Source: Fimbriimonadia bacterium
Lineage (GTDB): Bacteria > Armatimonadota > Fimbriimonadia > Fimbriimonadales > JABRVX01
Length of the DNA: 64,000 nucleotides
Reading direction: 5' to 3'
Assembly: GCA_041483895.1 (NCBI GenBank)
Contig: JBGPGO010000009.1
Span: forward strand, 108,880 to 172,879
Below the pieces are notes generated by a model. The model saw only the letters and a program-made list of their open reading frames with translations. It did no database searches and was not told the DNA's origin. This document shows, in pieces, positions 59,766 through 64,000 of this stretch; position 1 is the stretch's first letter; every line of letters starts with the position of its first letter. A program made the position numbers and the translations under genes.

Positions 59766-59774
59766 AAAACCTTT

Positions 59775-59816
59775 AAAAGAATAGAAGCCTGCCGGCAGCC
59801 ACATCCGACAGGCTTC
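59775..59816 (-). terminator. Hairpin with a T-rich tail on the - strand, probably ending the redoxin transcript
   Basis: GAAGCCTGTCGG...CCGGCAGGCTTC then TATTCTTTT on -. Confidence 0.6.
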
Positions 59817-59823
59817 GTTCGCA

Positions 59824-59900
59824 TGGATGGCTCCGTTCCATTTGCATGCTCCGTTCCATCGGAGCCGAGCTGTACGGCTCCGATGGAACGGAGCCCTCCA
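59824..59900. repeat. REP-like 20-bp perfect inverted repeat with a partially duplicated arm
   Basis: GCTCCGTTCCATCGGAGCCG-AGCTGTA-CGGCTCCGATGGAACGGAGC (59848-59894), plus TGGATGGCTCCGTTCCAT at 59824. Confidence 0.75.
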
Positions 59901-59906
59901 ACTGAA

Positions 59907-60410
59907 CTATTCCTCTTTCGGTTTGCAACCCGTGCTTTCGATTGCCTGACGCAACAGCTCGTCGTCAATCTTCTCGAATCGATGCGTGATCATGCCCTTC
60001 TTGTTGATCACGAACAACGCCGGAAACTTCTTGACGTTGAACAGCAAAGCGATCTGACGCTGGGCCGAACCGTCAACCACGAAATCGAACGAGCAGCCGG
60101 TCTCTTTCTTCCACTGCTTCGCCATCGTGTCCGTGCCGTTGACGCATAGGGCGATCACGCCAAGGTCCTTGTATTCGGACCCGTAATACTGCTGTAGGAA
60201 GGCAAAATCACTGGGATCCGCCCCGCTCTCAAACGAGTAGAAGTACAAAATCGTCGCGGGCTTCTTGCCAATCGTTGCCTTGAGATTGAGCCTGCCGCCG
60301 GTCGCCTTGACGATCGAAACGTTCGGTACAGTCGAGCCGATCCCGACGGGATCAGCGGTGGCAGCCACCATTCCAAGGATCAGGGCTGCAGCAGTCAATA
60401 GTCGCGTCAT
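59907..60410 (-). CDS. Exported thioredoxin-fold (redoxin/TlpA-like) protein lacking CxxC
   Basis: IGSTVPNVSI, ILYFY and FNVKKFPALFVINKKGMI. Confidence 0.7.
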   Translation of the reverse strand: MTRLLTAAALILGMVAATADPVGIGSTVPNVSIVKATGGRLNLKATIGKKPATILYFYSFESGADPSDFAFLQQYYGSEYKDLGVIALCVNGTDTMAKQWKKETGCSFDFVVDGSAQRQIALLFNVKKFPALFVINKKGMITHRFEKIDDELLRQAIESTGCKPKEE

Positions 60411-60492
60411 TCGGCCGCCTCCTAAGGGGTTAAAGGGATGCACCAAGCTTGATTTTCGGCAGAAGCCAGGCCCCCATGTAGCCGTGAGACAA

Positions 60493-60539
60493 ATAGGACA
60501 TATAGGACTTATAGGTCGTATAGGTCCTATACGTCCGAT
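60493..60539. repeat. 9-bp tandem repeat
   Basis: ATAGGACAT ATAGGACTT ATAGGTCGT ATAGGTCCT ATACGTCCG AT. Confidence 0.8.
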
Positions 60540-60583
60540 GGCCCACGCCGGTCGGGTTCGGCCACTTTGAGCATAGGTATACT

Positions 60584-62041
60584 TTGAACGTGCCGAACCT
60601 GCATGTCCCTATTGAAGACCTAACCCCGAAACAGATCGTCTCGGAGTTGGAAAATTACATTATTGGCCAGCAGAGAGCCAAGCGCGCGGTCGCGATCGCC
60701 ATGCGGAATCGGTACCGCCGATCCCTGCTGCCGGTAGAGGAGCGGGACGAAATTCTGCCCAAGAACATCCTCATGATGGGACCGACAGGCGTTGGCAAGA
60801 CCGAAATTGCCCGCCGGCTCGCCAAGCTGGCCCGCGCGCCCTTTATCAAGGTCGAGGCCACCAAGTTCACCGAAGTCGGCTATGTGGGCCGGGATGTGGA
60901 TTCTATCGTAAGGGACCTCACGAACATCGCCGTCCGGATGGTGGAATCGGAAAAGGCCGAGGAGGTCAAAGAAACCGCCCGAGAGCGAGCGATCGATCGG
61001 ATCGTGGACATATTGACCCAGACCGAACCCAGCCACAAGAGGCCGCGGGCGACACATCCAATCCTCCGCCAGGCGATGGAGATGTTCGGCGGCGGCCATG
61101 TCGCTGAGGAAGACGAAGAAGAAGAGGAACATGAAGAGGAGGATGGCGAGCATCGGCAGAGGATGGATCGGGTGCGATCCACAATCGCCGACCAGATCCG
61201 CGACGGCTCGCGCGACACCGAGGAGGTGGAGATCGAAATCGAAGAGGCCTCCACACCCTTCATCCAGGTGTTCTCTCCACAGGGCATGGAAGAGATGGGA
61301 ATGGACATGGCCAATCCGTTTTCGACCGGCGGCGCGCGGCACACAAACCAGCGGACGACCGTAAAAGAGGCTCTCTATATCCTGACCGACGAAGAGGCCC
61401 GGAAGATGATCGACCAGTCCAGCGTAGCCAAAGAGGCGGTAGCGCGGGTTGAGCAGACCGGCATTGTTTTCCTGGATGAATTGGACAAGGTGTCTGGCGG
61501 ATCGGGTGGCGCGGGCCCGGATGTTTCGCGCGAGGGGGTCCAGCGCGACCTCTTGCCGCTGATAGAAGGCACTACGGTCGTCACCAAATACGGTCCTGTC
61601 AAAACCGATTTCATTCTGTTCATCGCGGCCGGCGCCTTTCACGTCTCAAAGCCGTCGGACCTGATCCCTGAGCTGCAGGGCCGGTTGCCGATCCGCGTCG
61701 AGCTGGATCCGCTCACCGAAGAGGACTTCAATCGCATCCTCCGAGAGCCGCGAAATTCACTCCCCGGCCAATACCAGCAGCTCCTGGCGACGGAGGGAGT
61801 CACCCTGACATTTTCCGACGACGCCATCAGCGAAATCGCGCATGTCGCGTCTGAAATCAACGACAAGACCGAGAATATCGGCGCGCGGCGGCTGCACACC
61901 GTTATGGAGCGGTTGTTGGAAGAGTTCCTGTTTGAAGCGCCCGGCATCGATCCGCCGACCGTCTCGATCACCGGCGAATTTGTCCGCGAGCGCCTGAAGG
62001 ACGTGGTGGCCGACATGGACCTGGCTCGGTATATCCTGTAG
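60584..62041 (+). CDS. hslU: ATP-dependent protease ATPase subunit HslU
   Basis: PKNILMMGPTGVGKTEIARRLA, EATKFTEVGYVG, SREGVQRDLLP and ENIGARRL. Confidence 0.97.
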   Translation: MNVPNLHVPIEDLTPKQIVSELENYIIGQQRAKRAVAIAMRNRYRRSLLPVEERDEILPKNILMMGPTGVGKTEIARRLAKLARAPFIKVEATKFTEVGYVGRDVDSIVRDLTNIAVRMVESEKAEEVKETARERAIDRIVDILTQTEPSHKRPRATHPILRQAMEMFGGGHVAEEDEEEEEHEEEDGEHRQRMDRVRSTIADQIRDGSRDTEEVEIEIEEASTPFIQVFSPQGMEEMGMDMANPFSTGGARHTNQRTTVKEALYILTDEEARKMIDQSSVAKEAVARVEQTGIVFLDELDKVSGGSGGAGPDVSREGVQRDLLPLIEGTTVVTKYGPVKTDFILFIAAGAFHVSKPSDLIPELQGRLPIRVELDPLTEEDFNRILREPRNSLPGQYQQLLATEGVTLTFSDDAISEIAHVASEINDKTENIGARRLHTVMERLLEEFLFEAPGIDPPTVSITGEFVRERLKDVVADMDLARYIL

Positions 62042-62042
62042 C

Positions 62043-63575
62043 GTGTTCGACCCCGCGCAGGTCATCATCTTCAATGAGCTGCTTTCCGCGATCGCGGAGG
62101 AGATGGGCATCCGGCTGGAACGCAGCGCGCATTCTCCCAACATCAAGGAACGACGGGACTACTCGTGCGCGGTGTTCGACTCTCAGGGCCGGTTGGCGGC
62201 TCAAGCGGCGCATATCCCTGTGCATTTGGGCGCGATGGCTGCGCTGGTCCGGGCGCTGATTCCTGTGATCGAATGGGAGGCTGGGGACGCCGTGATATGT
62301 AACGATCCCTATCTGGCCGGGACCCATCTGCCCGACATTTCCATCGTCTCGCCCGTGTTCATTGGCTCCCGATTGGCCGGCTTTGTCGCCAGCCGCGCGC
62401 ACCATGCGGACATCGGCGGCGCTTCGCCGGGATCGATGCCGTTGGTTGGGGATGTTTTTGCGGAGGGGCTTCGTATTCCACCCATAAAACTGAATCGACA
62501 TCCGGATGTTCTGGAATTGCTGTGCGCGAATTCCCGGGCGCCCGCCGAGAGGCGGGGAGATATACACGCGCAATTGGCGGCAAATCGTGCCGGCGTCTCG
62601 GGACTGCAGCAGCTTGCGTCGCGACCGGATTTTGACGATCGGGTTTCTCAAGCGATTGCCTACACGGCGGCCCTGACCGAACAGGCGATTGCCTCGATCC
62701 CGGACGGCGCCTATGTTTTCGAGGACCGGCTGGATTCGGATGGATTGAGCGCCGATCCGGTCCCGATCCAGGTGACTGTACGAGTGAAGGGCGCTCGGAT
62801 TGAGTTCGACTTTACCGGCTCGGCCCCGCAGCGACCGGCGGGCATCAACGCGACGCTGGCGGTCACCGAATCGGCCTGCCTCTTCATCGTTCGCTGCCTG
62901 CTGGACGCCGACGCGCCGACAAACGACGGCTGCCGTACCTGCCTCACTGTTATCGCACCGGAAGGGACCGTCGTGAATGCGCGATTCCCAGCTCCGGTCG
63001 CGGGCGGCAACGTGGAGACCAGCCAGCGGATTACGGATGTGCTGCTCGGGGCGTTGGCGCAGGCGATCCCGAATCGAATCCCCGCCGCATCCCAAGGGAC
63101 GATGAACAACCTGACCTTCGGCGGCTGGGACTCCGCGCTGGACCGGCCCTTCGCGTATTACGAAACAATTGGCGGTGGGGGCGGGGCGAGCGCAAACGGC
63201 CACGGCACGAGCGGCGTCCATTCGCACATGACCAACACCCGGAACACGCCAATAGAGGCGTTGGAATATGCCATGCCCTTGCGCGTTTTGGAATGCCGGT
63301 CGGCATCCCCCGGCGGTCGAGGTCGGATGCGGGGCGGGGCGGGGATTCGGAAATCCATCCAGTTTCTCGTTCCGGTTTCGGGAACCCTGTTGGCGGAGCG
63401 GCGTGTTTTCCGGCCTTTTGGTGTGGCGGGGGGCGAGCCGGGCCGGCCCGGGCGGGACACGGTGACGGTGTACGGCAAGACCCGGCGGCTGCGGGCGAAA
63501 GGGCGGTTCGAAATCCCGGCGGATGGTATTCTCACGATCCAAACCCCTTCCGGTGGAGGTTGGGGGAGGCAGTAG
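62043..63575 (+). CDS. Hydantoinase B/oxoprolinase family protein
   Basis: SPNIKERRDYSCA, HIPVHLG, NDPY..GTHLPD, HHADIGG and MTNTRNTPIE. Confidence 0.93.
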   Translation: MFDPAQVIIFNELLSAIAEEMGIRLERSAHSPNIKERRDYSCAVFDSQGRLAAQAAHIPVHLGAMAALVRALIPVIEWEAGDAVICNDPYLAGTHLPDISIVSPVFIGSRLAGFVASRAHHADIGGASPGSMPLVGDVFAEGLRIPPIKLNRHPDVLELLCANSRAPAERRGDIHAQLAANRAGVSGLQQLASRPDFDDRVSQAIAYTAALTEQAIASIPDGAYVFEDRLDSDGLSADPVPIQVTVRVKGARIEFDFTGSAPQRPAGINATLAVTESACLFIVRCLLDADAPTNDGCRTCLTVIAPEGTVVNARFPAPVAGGNVETSQRITDVLLGALAQAIPNRIPAASQGTMNNLTFGGWDSALDRPFAYYETIGGGGGASANGHGTSGVHSHMTNTRNTPIEALEYAMPLRVLECRSASPGGRGRMRGGAGIRKSIQFLVPVSGTLLAERRVFRPFGVAGGEPGRPGRDTVTVYGKTRRLRAKGRFEIPADGILTIQTPSGGGWGRQ

Positions 63576-63578
63576 CCG

Positions 63579-63821
63579 ATGGATCATATCGAAGCCACCA
63601 TCTTCTTCATCAGCGCGTTTGCTCTTATTTCCCTGGTCTACTTTGTCGGCCCCAAGCGCAAGAAGCCGGAAGCCAAATGGTTTGGCGTCAGCTGCCTGCT
63701 TTTTGGCGGCTATGCGGCGGCGGCCGAGTTCCTGGATCCTCCCTGGTCCGTCGTCTCCGCCTCCCTTGCCTTTCTCTGCGCGGGCATCGGGACGGTGGTC
63801 TGGATTCGGACGCATAAGTGA
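63579..63821 (+). CDS. Small membrane protein
   Basis: 80 aa, three hydrophobic segments, starts 3 nt after the upstream stop. Confidence 0.6.
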   Translation: MDHIEATIFFISAFALISLVYFVGPKRKKPEAKWFGVSCLLFGGYAAAAEFLDPPWSVVSASLAFLCAGIGTVVWIRTHK

Positions 63822-63879
63822 ATGCGTCCCAAATCCCATCGCCCGCTGGCGCGCCGCAAAAATCCCCTCCCCCGCTTGC

Positions 63880-64000
63880 TGTTCAGACTGGATAGATCGT
63901 TGACACATGTTCGGAGACATCGTTGACACAATGGAGGTATGCCATGGAGGAAATCGACGGTGGAACTGCAACGAGAAGAATTGGTTAGGTTGATGCGGCA
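63880..64000 (+). mobile_element. Left end of an IS481-family element; transposase starts at 63939 and runs off the window
   Basis: TGT terminus; ATCGTTGACACA repeated at 63896 and 63919; GGAGG then MPWRKSTVELQREELVRLMR, resembling IS481 MPWxxxxVxxQRxEFV starts. Confidence 0.75.

Noticed and set aside
59409..59770. Glycine, TPP or cobalamin riboswitch reading of the structured RNA (GGAGAG, CGAAGG, CUCUCAGG, CUGAGA, ACCUGAU, GCCAC...GAAGG)
   Set aside because: The fragments are far apart or paired inconsistently with those aptamers, and no + strand gene follows to be regulated.
59409..59770. RNase P, tmRNA, SRP, rRNA fragment or group I/II intron
   Set aside because: The diagnostic sequences are absent (GAGGAAAGUCC/ACAGAA, T-loop + CCA, CAGG-GNRA-AGCAG, domain 5). 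A P18-like stretch near 59657-59695 is not enough.
60493..60539. CRISPR array
   Set aside because: 9-bp tandem units with no spacers and no cas genes. I found no CRISPR array, tRNA or rRNA gene in the window.
61968..63971. 667-aa - strand ORF and similar long antisense ORFs (e.g. 21143-22432, 51189-52460, 16974-18098)
   Set aside because: They are shadows of well-supported genes on the opposite strand in GC-rich DNA and have no recognisable motifs.

Overview
A GC-rich, densely coding bacterial chromosome segment from a diderm (secretin, outer-membrane barrels, PEP-CTERM proteins). The gene style suggests Armatimonadota, but that is inference. Housekeeping genes include rsgA, ftsZ, tpiA, hslU, an HldE/RfaE-type kinase, leucine-degradation enzymes and an aldehyde dehydrogenase. 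There is also an exeA-HTH-pilMNOP-secretin operon, a DprA-like gene, a divergent DnaA paralog, secreted metallopeptidases with dockerin-like tails, four PEP-CTERM genes (three tandem, each behind a sigma-54 promoter), a Zn/Mn-type uptake operon, an MtrA/MtrB-like porin-cytochrome cluster, an RND pump, VapBC and the start of an IS481 element. Two candidates stand out. (1) A standalone ~360-nt, highly structured RNA at ~59409-59765 with its own consensus sigma-70 promoter and five GNRA-capped helices, which I cannot match to a known family. (2) A DUF2946-like leader protein ending in an RGPP arrest motif, followed by a hairpin that hides the ribosome-binding site of the metal-uptake operon. All product calls come from motifs read by eye; no database searches were run. 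Several starts were moved from the ORF track to better RBS-supported codons.
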